A DNA stretch of 64,000 bases from a virus (taxonomy: Duplodnaviria; Heunggongvirae; Uroviricota; Caudoviricetes), in the IMG/VR virus record IMGVR_UViG_3300028603_000019, positions 67,877 to 131,876 of that record; one strand, written 5' to 3'. The notes beneath the pieces were generated by a model. That model was not told where the DNA came from, made no database searches, and saw only the letters and a list, made by a program, of their open reading frames with translations. Below, in pieces: positions 18,026 through 27,413 of this stretch (positions are counted from its first letter, which is position 1; every line of letters starts with the position of its first letter). Made by a program: the position numbers and the translations under genes.

Positions 18026-19154
18026 GTTTCAGTTTCTTCACTCTCAATACACGATCACTCTCGGCATACAGCACATCTTTGGAATCAAAGGAGACCCTGG
18101 TAGACACGCTTTTAGGTGGTAGAAGGCCACGGGCAACATCTCGACTGCTGTACACGTATAGGTTTGGCGATTTCTCCTGTTCCGTTTCTTCTCCCAACTT
18201 ATAGATTATGTCTGTCCGACCTTGGAAGACTCCTGGCAAAAACACATTGGGATCTTCCGTCTCTTTCATGGTCTTATAGCCCCGAAGTCTTCCCTCAAAT
18301 TTTGTCCAACTCGGAAGAATATTTTTCTTCTCGGTAGTGTATATCACTTCATCATTACCACCAATGACAAGGACTTCGGTTCCTCTAACAAGGATCATGT
18401 TTGGTTGATCCAGCTCCACATATTTCCGTGGGGTCTTGAGTGCCATATCAATCAGATGATCAGTTTCCTTACCAGTATATTCTTCGGCACGGTCGACCTC
18501 TTCAATATTCAAGTCAAAATCTGAAAGGATCTCCAGTGCCGTTTCCAGAGTAAATGGTCTATCATCCGCCCCGATCTTGACAGCCCGCCCGTATTGTCCG
18601 CCGATCTGAGCTTCCAAATCTTCCCATGATTTTGGCAATCCCTGGGCAATGGCAGTCAGGCCCATTCTCACGATCTCGGCCTTGCCGATCTTGAAACCTT
18701 TTGCCAGATACTTGTTCACACGCGTGAGGGAGTTTAGGGGATAATATGTTCCTGGGTTGAACCGAAGAGTCCGGGATGCCACGTCTTCCCAGAAGTGTTC
18801 GCCGTAATGAAACTCCTTAGTATCGCAATCATAGGCACCCATACAAACCGTGAAGTCGAATCGGTCAAAAATATCTTGGGCAGTCTTGAACTGGCTGAGG
18901 ACCATGATCTGAACAATTGCTCTGGTCCCATCCTTATTCAGGATATTGTTGCACTTGAGTGTTACCGCATTGTCCGTGATGTTGACCACGAAAGCGGATT
19001 TGTCCTCCAGGAAACCGTAAAGGATATTTTCGGCATCCTTTCTTGTTTTGGGATACACGTCATAGTCAGCAATCTCGGTCTTCATGGCTTGAGACAGGAT
19101 TGCTCCTCCCGCAATGAAGCATCCCTTGAGATCAAATGGGTCGGGCGATTTCAT
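17997..19154 (-). CDS. hypothetical protein, possible pol-beta-type nucleotidyltransferase
   Basis: N-terminal GCFIAGGAILS ... ADYDVY resembles the GG...DxD head of pol-beta-superfamily nucleotidyltransferases. Weak. Confidence 0.3.
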   Translation of the reverse strand: MKSPDPFDLKGCFIAGGAILSQAMKTEIADYDVYPKTRKDAENILYGFLEDKSAFVVNITDNAVTLKCNNILNKDGTRAIVQIMVLSQFKTAQDIFDRFDFTVCMGAYDCDTKEFHYGEHFWEDVASRTLRFNPGTYYPLNSLTRVNKYLAKGFKIGKAEIVRMGLTAIAQGLPKSWEDLEAQIGGQYGRAVKIGADDRPFTLETALEILSDFDLNIEEVDRAEEYTGKETDHLIDMALKTPRKYVELDQPNMILVRGTEVLVIGGNDEVIYTTEKKNILPSWTKFEGRLRGYKTMKETEDPNVFLPGVFQGRTDIIYKLGEETEQEKSPNLYVYSSRDVARGLLPPKSVSTRVSFDSKDVLYAESDRVLRVKKLKLEEVLDNGK

Positions 19155-19684
19155 ATTTTCACGTGACTCCTGATTTCATCCAGATGGACTGGAGTGTAAT
19201 TTGTCTTTTCAACGCAGATGTTCAGGTATGGACCGGGTGGGGCATCATGCCGGTGGATATGGCCATGAATCCCAAGCATTGTTTTCTGTTGTCTCCAATT
19301 CCACATCGAATCTATCTGCAACGGGATATGACTTAGGACAAAGCCATACTCATCGAATCTCCTGATGGTGACCATCTTTTGGAATGCCCTCATATGAACC
19401 AGCTCCATAATCGGATCATGATTTCCAACAGTAATTCGCTTTCTGCCATTCAGTCGTGGCAAAATCTCATTTCTGAATTTTTGAGCATTCATGGTAATGT
19501 CGCCACCGTGCCAGACGATGTCTCCTGGTTTCACGACTGAGTTCCATCGCTCGATCATCACCTCGTCCATTTCTTCAACCGAGGAAAATTCCGGTCGAAC
19601 GAGGCTTCCGTCGGGCATCGTGAATTTCAGAATATTGGCATGGCACCAATGCTGGTCACTCGTGAACCAAATATCTCGACTCAT
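19151..19684 (-). CDS. calcineurin-like metallophosphoesterase
   Basis: Metallophosphoesterase-type motifs TSDQHW, GGDI-MN, GNHD and GHIH. Start trimmed to MSRDIW, whose ATG overlaps the Dda stop (ATGA). Confidence 0.55.
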   Translation of the reverse strand: MSRDIWFTSDQHWCHANILKFTMPDGSLVRPEFSSVEEMDEVMIERWNSVVKPGDIVWHGGDITMNAQKFRNEILPRLNGRKRITVGNHDPIMELVHMRAFQKMVTIRRFDEYGFVLSHIPLQIDSMWNWRQQKTMLGIHGHIHRHDAPPGPYLNICVEKTNYTPVHLDEIRSHVKI

Positions 19685-20796
19685 TTCCAAACCACCGTTG
19701 TCTTCTCTGCACTTCTTGTTATTGCTGTGTACAACCACTTATTCCAGTTTTCACGGAAGGCAAATGCTTCATAGCCGTATGTCAAGACATTATCCCACTG
19801 TGAGCCTTGAGATTTATGAACCGTGATTGCATAGCCATAATCAAAGGATTGTGATCTCCGAAGCATCTTCCAATGAGGAGTAGGGACATTATCCAAGAAC
19901 AGGCTCTTGTGAACCTTCGCGGTTATCGGTTCCCGATCTTCGTCGTCTGAATCCAATCCAAAGAACGCAAATGGATTATTTGGCTTCGTCCTGTTCACTT
20001 CCCTAACCGTGAACATTCCGCCATTATATATCGCCAAGTCTCTGTCATTCTTGAGACATATCAGACGTTCTCCGGGTGATGGAAGCTCAGAAGTATACCC
20101 AAGCATGTCTCGCATCTTGGAATTGATACCCTGTCTCGTAGCGTTCAAACCGACGAGAATTTGATCCGCTTCTTTGGCATCCCCTCGGGAAATTGAGGGA
20201 ATCACTCTTGATTCCCCATAGTCTCCTAGTTTTGGACGATTGCCTTCCCTCACTTGAGTGGCAAGGTAGATGATGGGATTGTCCTTGGTTTGTCGATGAA
20301 TTTCCGTGAGCATGGCATCCGGTTTGTCCACGATAAAGTATCCTGCGCCTTCAATGGGAGGCAACTGCATAGGATCACCCAGGACAAGGATGGGCTTGTT
20401 GAAAGTCAGGATATCATCGGCCAATTCTTGAGAAACCATCGAGCACTCATCGACAATGAGCAGTTTGGCATTCCAGAGAGGAGATTCACGATTCAGGTGA
20501 TAGGTGACTTCCCCGGTCTTTTTGTTCACTCGGGGTTTGTATATCAGGGAGTGGATGGTAGAGGCACCAACACATCCATTCTTGCGCATGACAAGGGCTG
20601 CCTTGCCAGTGAAAGCTGCATAGCAGACGGATCCATCCAAGTTATCGGCAAAATGTCGGGCAAGGGTCGATTTTCCCGTCCCTGCATAGCCATATAGATA
20701 GAAGGTATTTTTCCTTCGGGGATCACGGCTACCATAAAATTCTTTGAGCCACTTGCTTACTGCAACAAGGGCATCTTTCTGCTGGTCATTCCACAT
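19681..20796 (-). CDS. dda: Dda-like SF1B DNA helicase
   Basis: Walker A GYAGTGKST; RecD/Dda-like downstream motifs; 371 aa. Confidence 0.7.
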   Translation of the reverse strand: MWNDQQKDALVAVSKWLKEFYGSRDPRRKNTFYLYGYAGTGKSTLARHFADNLDGSVCYAAFTGKAALVMRKNGCVGASTIHSLIYKPRVNKKTGEVTYHLNRESPLWNAKLLIVDECSMVSQELADDILTFNKPILVLGDPMQLPPIEGAGYFIVDKPDAMLTEIHRQTKDNPIIYLATQVREGNRPKLGDYGESRVIPSISRGDAKEADQILVGLNATRQGINSKMRDMLGYTSELPSPGERLICLKNDRDLAIYNGGMFTVREVNRTKPNNPFAFFGLDSDDEDREPITAKVHKSLFLDNVPTPHWKMLRRSQSFDYGYAITVHKSQGSQWDNVLTYGYEAFAFRENWNKWLYTAITRSAEKTTVVWK

Positions 20797-20926
20797 TTGG
20801 GTATTTTAGCTCAATCTATCGATTTAGGCAAGTCTGGATTTTCAAAGGTTTCCGGAATTTCAATACCCATTCTGTGGTATGCGCTGTGAAACAAGATGCG
20901 GGTAGCGAGGCATCCCTGGACAAAGC

Positions 20927-21058
20927 CTAGCCACCGGCTCGTCTTGTCGTCTTTGAACACGGACCGGCATCACCATCGTCGCCTTCATCCAGAATCTGAC
21001 GCATGATTGATAAGTAGCGCGCGAACATAACTCGAGATGCTCTGTGAATTTCACTCAT
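20927..21058 (-). CDS. small hypothetical protein (43 aa)
   Basis: ATG overlaps the upstream stop (ATGA). The track ORF 20860..21054 in another frame (GTG start) is the alternative. Confidence 0.3.
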   Translation of the reverse strand: MSEIHRASRVMFARYLSIMRQILDEGDDGDAGPCSKTTRRAGG

Positions 21059-21594
21059 CGAATTACATCAAACTCCGTCTTGACAGGAACCTTCACTTCA
21101 ACCGCCACTTTGGGGATGAAAGCAAATCCCTTGAGGTATGGAACAACATGGACTTGCCAATTCATGATTCGCCGACCATGATATGGATCCGTTTGAAAAA
21201 ATGGTCCGGCATGATAAACTTGACTATCAACTGAGAAGAAATTTGCATCCTTCTTTTTGAGAACCGACATGAATTCATCCTGCCCCATCACAACAATATG
21301 GGTATCCGCGGATACTTTGATGCCCGAGTGAAACAGGTTCCTCTGACGAACATTGATTTCGATGGCGAGGTCTTCAGAATTCTGTGCCGTGTAATGAAAT
21401 GTGTGATATTCAACACGGTCGATATAGGGATCCAGATACCTCTTGACCTTGAGGTATTTCATGACTTTCTGAAGAAGCCATCGTCCCATCTTTGTCTTTG
21501 GAGAGTTGGCACCCTCGGTCACATACGGGGTCTTGATCCTCTTTGAGATCGTCTTTACTGATTGTATCTTGAGTTCGTTGGTGGGTTCAAACAC
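21055..21594 (-). CDS. hypothetical protein
   Basis: 179-aa ORF. Confidence 0.4.
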   Translation of the reverse strand: MFEPTNELKIQSVKTISKRIKTPYVTEGANSPKTKMGRWLLQKVMKYLKVKRYLDPYIDRVEYHTFHYTAQNSEDLAIEINVRQRNLFHSGIKVSADTHIVVMGQDEFMSVLKKKDANFFSVDSQVYHAGPFFQTDPYHGRRIMNWQVHVVPYLKGFAFIPKVAVEVKVPVKTEFDVIR

Positions 21595-21752
21595 GGAGAT
21601 TTCTTTCGTGATTTTTCTTCCAGATCTCTGCTGTCGAATGAGCCTCGGCCCAGCGAGCTTCCAGGATTTTTCGCTTGTTCTCGATTTCAGTGAAAAATGC
21701 CTTTGGATCTGATCCCGAGAACCCCAATTCCTTTAGGAGATTGAATTCCATT
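21589..21752 (-). CDS. small hypothetical protein (54 aa, below the track cutoff)
   Basis: MEFNLLKELGFSGSDPKAFFTEIENKRKILEARWAEAHSTAEIWKKNHERNLRV. Confidence 0.3.
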
Positions 21753-21780
21753 TCGTCATTTCTCCATGAAGTGGGAAGGA

Positions 21781-21808
21781 GATTTCTCCCCCTCCCACGT
21801 TAATATTT
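21781..21808 (-). repeat. GC-rich hairpin element, copy 1 (GUGGGAGGGGGAGA-AAU-CUCCUUCCCAC)
   Basis: Sits between the NadV stop and the next gene. A near-identical element lies at 62806..62832 after the gp32 gene. Confidence 0.45.
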
Positions 21809-23232
21809 CAACCATACATGCCCATCGGTTCCGGTTTGAGGACCACCTCTGCCCGTTTCCGGATATCCGCAAAGGTATCATCGACCAGCAGATTGCCATT
21901 CTCGAAAACTACCCGAAGAATATCCCGGTCACCCGCTACGGATTCAGGAACCGTCTGATAGTTCACGCTTCCTAATCCATGATTGATTACCAGACCAAGA
22001 CGTCCCTTCTTGGATGCCTTTCCAGGATCAGTGACGGGATCCTTGGCAATGCCTTTCCAGATGCCATTCACCTTCACGGCGGATGCTTTCATGGCAAATT
22101 TCTGATCATCACGCTGTGGTGCCGAAAGAAGGGCGCCACCCATCCCAAAGGCAATGTTATCGGCTGAGATACCGAGATTCTTCAGGCGGGTGAGGATGGT
22201 CTCGATGCTATCATAGTTGATCCCATCGCCCTGGATTACACGAACATGATTCGGAAGAACCTTGTATCCTTTTTCATTGACCGTATAACCGAAGTGGCTC
22301 ATCAGGCGCTGAATTACCTTGACGGGAATATCCGTCGGGTCTCCAGAATCTGGACGGACAACCAGGGTCTTTCCCTTGGCAGCTAGGGAGTCCACTTTCT
22401 CACGAAGGGTAGTTCCCAGTATGTCCACGTAACCGAACACGTCGTAGGTATCAGCGACGGTCGCTACCAGTCCGAAGTCATCGGAAAATTGGTCGATCAT
22501 GTTTGAAGCATATCCGGCTTCGTTTTCACGGCCCCAAGCAGTAGAAATACTGTGCTCGGATGCTGGGATACTGAAACCGGCAATCGGTTCTCTGTAGTAT
22601 TTCCTGACGCCTACAATCCCGGAGATTGTATCGGTTCCCATGAAGTTGACGAGGTGCGCCATCGCGCCCAGCATAGAGCTTTCGTAGGAACTGACACCAC
22701 GGGCACCAAAATCATGTAGGCGGAAGGGAAGGATATCGGGAGTTCCGGTTTTAACCAGGAAATCCAGAATCAACTCTTTGATTGATCGAGAATTTGTAGC
22801 GACCGTGGTTGGATACCAAACAGCCCGGAGAAGCGCGGTTTCCAGCCACGTGGTCAGCCAGAAGCACTTGGGGTCCGTGTTCTCGATAGTCGCCAGAACA
22901 TTTCGGACTGGCACTACCGTTCCTTCGGGAATCGCCTTGATCCGCACCGGAATATATCCACCATGCTCCTTGAGGATATATTCCCAACCTTCACGGTTGA
23001 ATGGAAGCCCGTGGGCAGTCCATATTTCATCGGCTTCGTCGATGTCTGCCTGCGTGACAGGATCCAGCAGATATTCCTTGACGAAAGCTTGAAGACCGAA
23101 GAACACGGTCTGGGAATTGATGCCGCCACGACTTTCGATGTAGCTATATACACCTTCGATACCCGGTGGGTACGATTTATACATCGATGTCTTATAGCTG
23201 TCTGTGTTGAGCAAGATGTTGTGTTTGGCCAT
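21808..23232 (-). CDS. nadV: nicotinamide phosphoribosyltransferase (NAMPT/NadV)
   Basis: MAKHNILLNTDSYKTSMYK... is the canonical NAMPT N-terminus. AAAGGAG SD 8 nt before this ATG. The 39-aa N-terminal extension in the track ORF was rejected. Confidence 0.85.
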   Translation of the reverse strand: MAKHNILLNTDSYKTSMYKSYPPGIEGVYSYIESRGGINSQTVFFGLQAFVKEYLLDPVTQADIDEADEIWTAHGLPFNREGWEYILKEHGGYIPVRIKAIPEGTVVPVRNVLATIENTDPKCFWLTTWLETALLRAVWYPTTVATNSRSIKELILDFLVKTGTPDILPFRLHDFGARGVSSYESSMLGAMAHLVNFMGTDTISGIVGVRKYYREPIAGFSIPASEHSISTAWGRENEAGYASNMIDQFSDDFGLVATVADTYDVFGYVDILGTTLREKVDSLAAKGKTLVVRPDSGDPTDIPVKVIQRLMSHFGYTVNEKGYKVLPNHVRVIQGDGINYDSIETILTRLKNLGISADNIAFGMGGALLSAPQRDDQKFAMKASAVKVNGIWKGIAKDPVTDPGKASKKGRLGLVINHGLGSVNYQTVPESVAGDRDILRVVFENGNLLVDDTFADIRKRAEVVLKPEPMGMYG

Positions 23233-23264
23233 TTTCAAAACTCCTTTGTTATGGTCCAGGTTGA

Positions 23265-24284
23265 TTATCCGAGGTTCAACATTCGATTGACGATGTGCCA
23301 GTGATCGAACGCGAACATGTCTTGTTGCAGATCTCCGAGTTGGATCCACTCTGCATGGCGGGCATCGCTACCACCTTTCACTTTGGGAAGATCCTCTTTG
23401 GGAAATCCGAGGTCGATGTAGAACCCGTGAGTCACGAATCTTCCGCGAGGATCACGTCTCGGAGCATCAAAGACTTCTTGTCGCTTGATGCTCCCAAGAA
23501 GAACCTTCTCGGGAACTTTGACGCGGGTTTCCTCTTTGAGTTCCTTGATCATGTTCTGTGTAACTGTCAAGTTGGGCTCAAGAAACCCGCCCGGGAGTGC
23601 CCAGAGACCTTTCCCAGGAAAGTCTCCACGCTCGATCAGAAGAACATGTCCCGATTGTGTGAGAATGGCATCAGTCGTCACGAAATGGGGAGTGTATGGA
23701 GCGGACTTCCACGTCTCGTGATAATCCCGAATTTTTCTCCACTCAAATCGGAGATCTGAGAATTGCTTGGTGAGAATGATATTTTGAATATAGTCCCAAA
23801 TTTTGTCTGGAACAAGTTCAGGAACGCATTTAAGATATGCCGAAAAGATCGCTTCACGAATCGGAGTGGCACTGATACCTTCAAGATTGTCGACCGCGAT
23901 AGAATCCCAGGTCTTGAACAAGTCGAGATAGTAGGACGTGTGATCTTTCTTGTGACCGATCAGCGCAATTTTGATCGGATCAGGGGTATAGGAAACGGCC
24001 CCGGAGACCACGGATTGGACAGCGGCTACCCATTTATTATCGTCATAAGGGTAGTCAGAAACCGGAACAATCTTGACCCGCTTGGTATCCGGATAGATCA
24101 ATCTGATCATGTCCCGACGCTGTTCAAATGTGAAGGGGGTTCTGGTGTTCGGCGCGGCAAAGCTGGAGCCGACGACGATGATCACTTCTTGGGCTTGTTG
24201 GAGCGCCTTCTCAACGACATATACATGTCCACGATGGAAGGGCGAAAATCTGCCTATGAATACGGCAGCGTGGTAGTTGCTCAT
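23265..24284 (-). CDS. nadM: bifunctional NMN adenylyltransferase / Nudix hydrolase (NadM/NatV-type)
   Basis: N-terminal AAVFIGRFSPFHRGH (nucleotidyltransferase HxGH motif); C-terminal Nudix-like region; 339 aa. Confidence 0.75.
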   Translation of the reverse strand: MSNYHAAVFIGRFSPFHRGHVYVVEKALQQAQEVIIVVGSSFAAPNTRTPFTFEQRRDMIRLIYPDTKRVKIVPVSDYPYDDNKWVAAVQSVVSGAVSYTPDPIKIALIGHKKDHTSYYLDLFKTWDSIAVDNLEGISATPIREAIFSAYLKCVPELVPDKIWDYIQNIILTKQFSDLRFEWRKIRDYHETWKSAPYTPHFVTTDAILTQSGHVLLIERGDFPGKGLWALPGGFLEPNLTVTQNMIKELKEETRVKVPEKVLLGSIKRQEVFDAPRRDPRGRFVTHGFYIDLGFPKEDLPKVKGGSDARHAEWIQLGDLQQDMFAFDHWHIVNRMLNLG

Positions 24285-24315
24285 ACTAGAACTCCTCTAG
24301 TTGATGGTTATGAAT

Positions 24316-24765
24316 CTATTTAGCTTGCGAAACGATCACGGCATCAGTAACTTTCTTACGCAGATGCGGAAAATTCTTGATAGGAACGGGCTTCATCGTA
24401 TGATTGTCTGCGGCGAAACCGTAATGAGCAGTCACCATGTGGGCATCCTTCGTGGTCTCCACACAAATCATCATCGGCATCATTTTCTCATAGGGCGTCC
24501 GATCTTCGAGAAACTTTGCCAGGGTCGGAGGCGCGGAATACCGATCTGTGAGTTTGATCCTCTCAACTTTGTATCCCTGTTCCCGAAGGAGGAGAATGGC
24601 ATCTCCCATATAGATGCCTTCCACGTCCTTGAGTGAGATATTCTGAAGAAAGGCTGCTCGCGAATGGGTATGGATCAGGGGTGCTCCGGTCAGGAAAGAA
24701 ATCGCCGAGGGGACGCACCATGCCGATTCGAGGTTCCATCCACGAGTGTCAATGGCATGAAGCAT
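24316..24765 (-). CDS. hypothetical protein (start trimmed to MLHAID)
   Basis: Track ORF overlaps the upstream gene by 77 nt. The internal ATG sits 1 nt after the upstream stop. Confidence 0.35.
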   Translation of the reverse strand: MLHAIDTRGWNLESAWCVPSAISFLTGAPLIHTHSRAAFLQNISLKDVEGIYMGDAILLLREQGYKVERIKLTDRYSAPPTLAKFLEDRTPYEKMMPMMICVETTKDAHMVTAHYGFAADNHTMKPVPIKNFPHLRKKVTDAVIVSQAK

Positions 24766-24766
24766 G

Positions 24767-25594
24767 TCAGGCAATCCCCTTGACGCTGCCCTGGGAAATG
24801 GAGCGACCCAGATTGACGCGGTTGCCGGCCGCGGCGCCCGCATGGTAGGAATTCCGGTTGGTTACACGGGTGTTATAGCTGCCGTTGCTGAGCGACGGAT
24901 AGGCGGCCCTGAAGGCATCCTGGGTTTCCCGCGCCTTCTGCTCCGCAATCTCCACGACGATCAGTGAGGTTGAGGAAGATGTCCGGGCGTCCTCGATCTT
25001 GAGAACCGGCTCGGCGGTAGTTGCCTTCTCCGCGGCTTCCTTGCGTTCGGCATTCCGCTCGTTGGCCATGTCCCACAGGCGAGAATTGATCCGATTCGCC
25101 ATGGCGGTCTGGAACGAGGTCTTGGCCCCGTAGCCAACGGCAGGGTTGCCGCGCCGGTAGTTTTCATACTCCCGATCCAGGGCATCACGAATCACGACCA
25201 GGAGAAAGTTGGCAAGTTCCACGTCGGGACGGTGACCGGTGAACTCGATGCGGCCCGCCTTCGGCCCTTGACGCCAATAGACGCCCTTGGTCTCGGTGAA
25301 CTGGCCGATAGCGTGGAGACATTGAACGACGATATGGCGCTGCTTGCGGCCCTTGAGGGCGCTGGCTTCCATGATCTGCGTCACGATTTCCAGTTTGATC
25401 CGACCTTCGGTCTCCGCAAGGGCCAGCTCGGCTTCCTCGATGGAATAGGCTTCCATCAGCTTCATGGCCATCGTGAAGGCGGTATTCATCTCGGCCTCAG
25501 AAGCACCGAGGTCTTCCGATTTGGCACGGAGGTTGAGGACTCGCTGAAGAATCTTGTCGCGCTGCTCGGAGACGGTCTGGTTGGCAACGGTCAT
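24767..25594 (-). CDS. DUF2786-like protein
   Basis: N-terminal KILQRVLNLRAKSED...NTAFTMAMKLMEAYSI matches the DUF2786 N-terminal signature. Confidence 0.35.
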   Translation of the reverse strand: MTVANQTVSEQRDKILQRVLNLRAKSEDLGASEAEMNTAFTMAMKLMEAYSIEEAELALAETEGRIKLEIVTQIMEASALKGRKQRHIVVQCLHAIGQFTETKGVYWRQGPKAGRIEFTGHRPDVELANFLLVVIRDALDREYENYRRGNPAVGYGAKTSFQTAMANRINSRLWDMANERNAERKEAAEKATTAEPVLKIEDARTSSSTSLIVVEIAEQKARETQDAFRAAYPSLSNGSYNTRVTNRNSYHAGAAAGNRVNLGRSISQGSVKGIA

Positions 25595-25637
25595 GTCGCG
25601 GAAACTCCTTCCTGGTTAGTTATCTCTTGAGATCACA

Positions 25638-25829
25638 TTAGCTCAAAATGGGTGCCCCTGTCAACCCCGAAAATCGCCATCCAGCATTGTGGATCATGTC
25701 CTTTTCTTTCAGTTCAATCTCAAGAAGATCCGCCATTCGATCTTTTAGTGTTTCGATATCCATGAATCTGGTCTCTCCGACAAAAATTCCGTTTTCTTCA
25801 AATACACATACTCGAAGCGGAATTGTCAT
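25638..25829 (-). CDS. hypothetical protein (start trimmed to avoid tRNA-Thr)
   Basis: Track ORF 25638..25895 would overlap tRNA-Thr. Internal Met MTIPLRV used. Confidence 0.3.
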   Translation of the reverse strand: MTIPLRVCVFEENGIFVGETRFMDIETLKDRMADLLEIELKEKDMIHNAGWRFSGLTGAPILS

Positions 25830-25851
25830 GGTGATTTCCTTTCTTGAACTT

Positions 25852-25926
25852 CGGTGCTCCCAGGAAGAATCGAACTTCCGCTTGGACATTACCATTGTCC
25901 TGTGCTACCACTATCACTATAGGAGC
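25852..25926 (-). tRNA. tRNA-Thr (anticodon GGU)
   Basis: Acceptor GCUCCUA/UGGGAGC, anticodon stem GGACA/UGUCC with loop AUGGUAA, T-arm GGAAG-UUCGAUU-CUUCC. Confidence 0.6.
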
Positions 25927-25928
25927 TA

Positions 25929-26006
25929 TGGTAGTCGATGCCCGATTCGAACGGGCGACCTCTTCCATGTCACGGAAGCGAGATTGACCAACTTCTCCAA
26001 TCGACT
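25929..26006 (-). tRNA. tRNA-Val (anticodon GAC)
   Basis: Acceptor AGUCGAU/AUCGACU, D-stem GAGA/UCUC, anticodon stem CUUCC/GGAAG with loop GUGACAU, T-arm GCCCG-UUCGAAU-CGGGC; CCA encoded. Confidence 0.65.
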
Positions 26007-26010
26007 GATC

Positions 26011-26163
26011 CTACTTATCTTTGGAGGGATCATAATCCCAGAGTTCGGCTTCCATTTTACGATACCGCCGATCCTCATTCTTGTTCAACTCCTTCACCGC
26101 TTCCTCGCGGGTGCGACCCAGGAGCATGAGACCTTCGACGGCCGATCGGTAGGTTTTGGCATC
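26011..26163 (-). CDS. small hypothetical protein (50 aa from MDAKTYR)
   Basis: The C-terminal part of track ORF 26011..26346 after an internal Met. The upstream part overlaps another frame. Confidence 0.3.
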   Translation of the reverse strand, partial: DAKTYRSAVEGLMLLGRTREEAVKELNKNEDRRYRKMEAELWDYDPSKDK

Positions 26164-26177
26164 CATATTCACGTTCC

Positions 26178-26519
26178 TCAATTCAGAGTGGAGATTGCAC
26201 CGAAAAGTCCCTTGATGAACTTCCCCGTTTTCTTTGCCTCTTTGTAGAGGAAGCTCTTGTAGCCCCGCTTGGGGAGCTGCGAGAACGGAAGACGGACATC
26301 CACGTGGCGCCCATTGAGGACGCCGTGCACGTAGCTGACGTCCCAAACTGGAAATCCGGGATCGGACAGAAGGCGCAGGCGCGTGATTTCCAACCCGGGT
26401 TCCGTCCAGTCGACCGTTTCCACTCCATCGTCTTGGGCGTGACGCTCGGCATGATAGGCAATGCCGTTCACGAGACCGTTGAACTCTCCGACTTCGGGAC
26501 GATCGGTCGTGACAAACAT
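26178..26519 (-). CDS. hypothetical protein
   Basis: 113-aa ORF. Confidence 0.35.
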   Translation of the reverse strand: MFVTTDRPEVGEFNGLVNGIAYHAERHAQDDGVETVDWTEPGLEITRLRLLSDPGFPVWDVSYVHGVLNGRHVDVRLPFSQLPKRGYKSFLYKEAKKTGKFIKGLFGAISTLN

Positions 26520-26578
26520 GAGATCAATTCCTTTTCTCTGATTCTCTAAAACTACCGTAGCTCAATCCGTCCTGCTTG

Positions 26579-26971
26579 TCAACCATTTCTTGAGACAATT
26601 GCCAATTTCATCTTCAAAGTCTCGTCCAGTTCAAAATCATCTACAGTGGTCTTGAATCCCGTGACATGATCAGTAATCCTATTTTCGGACTGGTTGTAGG
26701 TCCTGATCACTTCCGTTTCTGGTGCACGTTCCTTCTGGCTTTCACCGTAGTGCCATTTGACTACACGATCGGCAAGCTCGCGAAAGGCTTCCTCAAAATT
26801 CCTGGACCGTTCACGATGGTTCTGTCCTACGACAGTGATGCTCGATTCGATGTGAGTGATCCTGCAACAGTTCTGATGCTTGTTTCGGTGTTGTCCACCG
26901 GCACCTGTTCCACTGAACCACTCGACCCTGAAATCCTTCTTGGTCCATGATTGATCAGGAATTTTGTTCAT
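26579..26971 (-). CDS. GGQ-domain peptidyl-tRNA hydrolase (RF-1 domain only; ArfB/ICT1/PrfH-like release-factor fragment)
   Basis: FSGTGAGGQHRNKHQNCCRITHIESSITVVGQNHRERSRN aligns with domain 3 of RF1/RF2 (SG.GGQHVNKT.SAVRITH...ERSQ). Only 130 aa, so no codon-recognition domains. Confidence 0.65.
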   Translation of the reverse strand: MNKIPDQSWTKKDFRVEWFSGTGAGGQHRNKHQNCCRITHIESSITVVGQNHRERSRNFEEAFRELADRVVKWHYGESQKERAPETEVIRTYNQSENRITDHVTGFKTTVDDFELDETLKMKLAIVSRNG

Positions 26972-27413
26972 GGATGATCAGTCTCGCTTTCTTGAGTTCA
27001 GCTTTGATATCGATCTTGATCATCGCATTGATGTCACGAAGATTTTTCAGGGTTTCCAAGTATCGTGTCACGAGGTAGTCCCGGTTGGAAAACCGTTTCT
27101 GAATGATCCACTCCAGAAACGGCGTGCTTCCTCTTTCCGTATTGCATGATTCGCACACGATGAGAAAATTGCCCCAGCCTATTCCGGCTCCGTGTTTCTT
27201 GCAAACCATGTGATCCAATGTGACGTAATTTGGGCTGTTGCGATTCCAGTGTAGTTGACAACTACAATATTCACAACGGCGAATTCCATTTACCCAAGCC
27301 CTGTATTTGAAGCGAAAACCTCGATTTGCCTTAAGTTTCTTCGTGAACCATTCCATTTCGGCATACCTTCTAATCAGGAACCCGACAGGAAGAACTCTTT
27401 CACATCTTTCCAC
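26955..27413 (-). CDS. HNH endonuclease (free-standing, homing-type)
   Basis: CEYCSCQ ... DHMVCKKHG ... NFLIVCESCN: Cys-rich HNH motif. Confidence 0.6.
   Translation of the reverse strand: MERCERVLPVGFLIRRYAEMEWFTKKLKANRGFRFKYRAWVNGIRRCEYCSCQLHWNRNSPNYVTLDHMVCKKHGAGIGWGNFLIVCESCNTERGSTPFLEWIIQKRFSNRDYLVTRYLETLKNLRDINAMIKIDIKAELKKARLIIHEQNS

Noticed and set aside
23233-23349. N-terminal 39-aa extension of NadV given by the ORF track
   Set aside because: NAMPT proteins begin at the NILLNTDSYK motif. A good SD precedes the internal ATG at 23232. The extension is Arg-rich junk.
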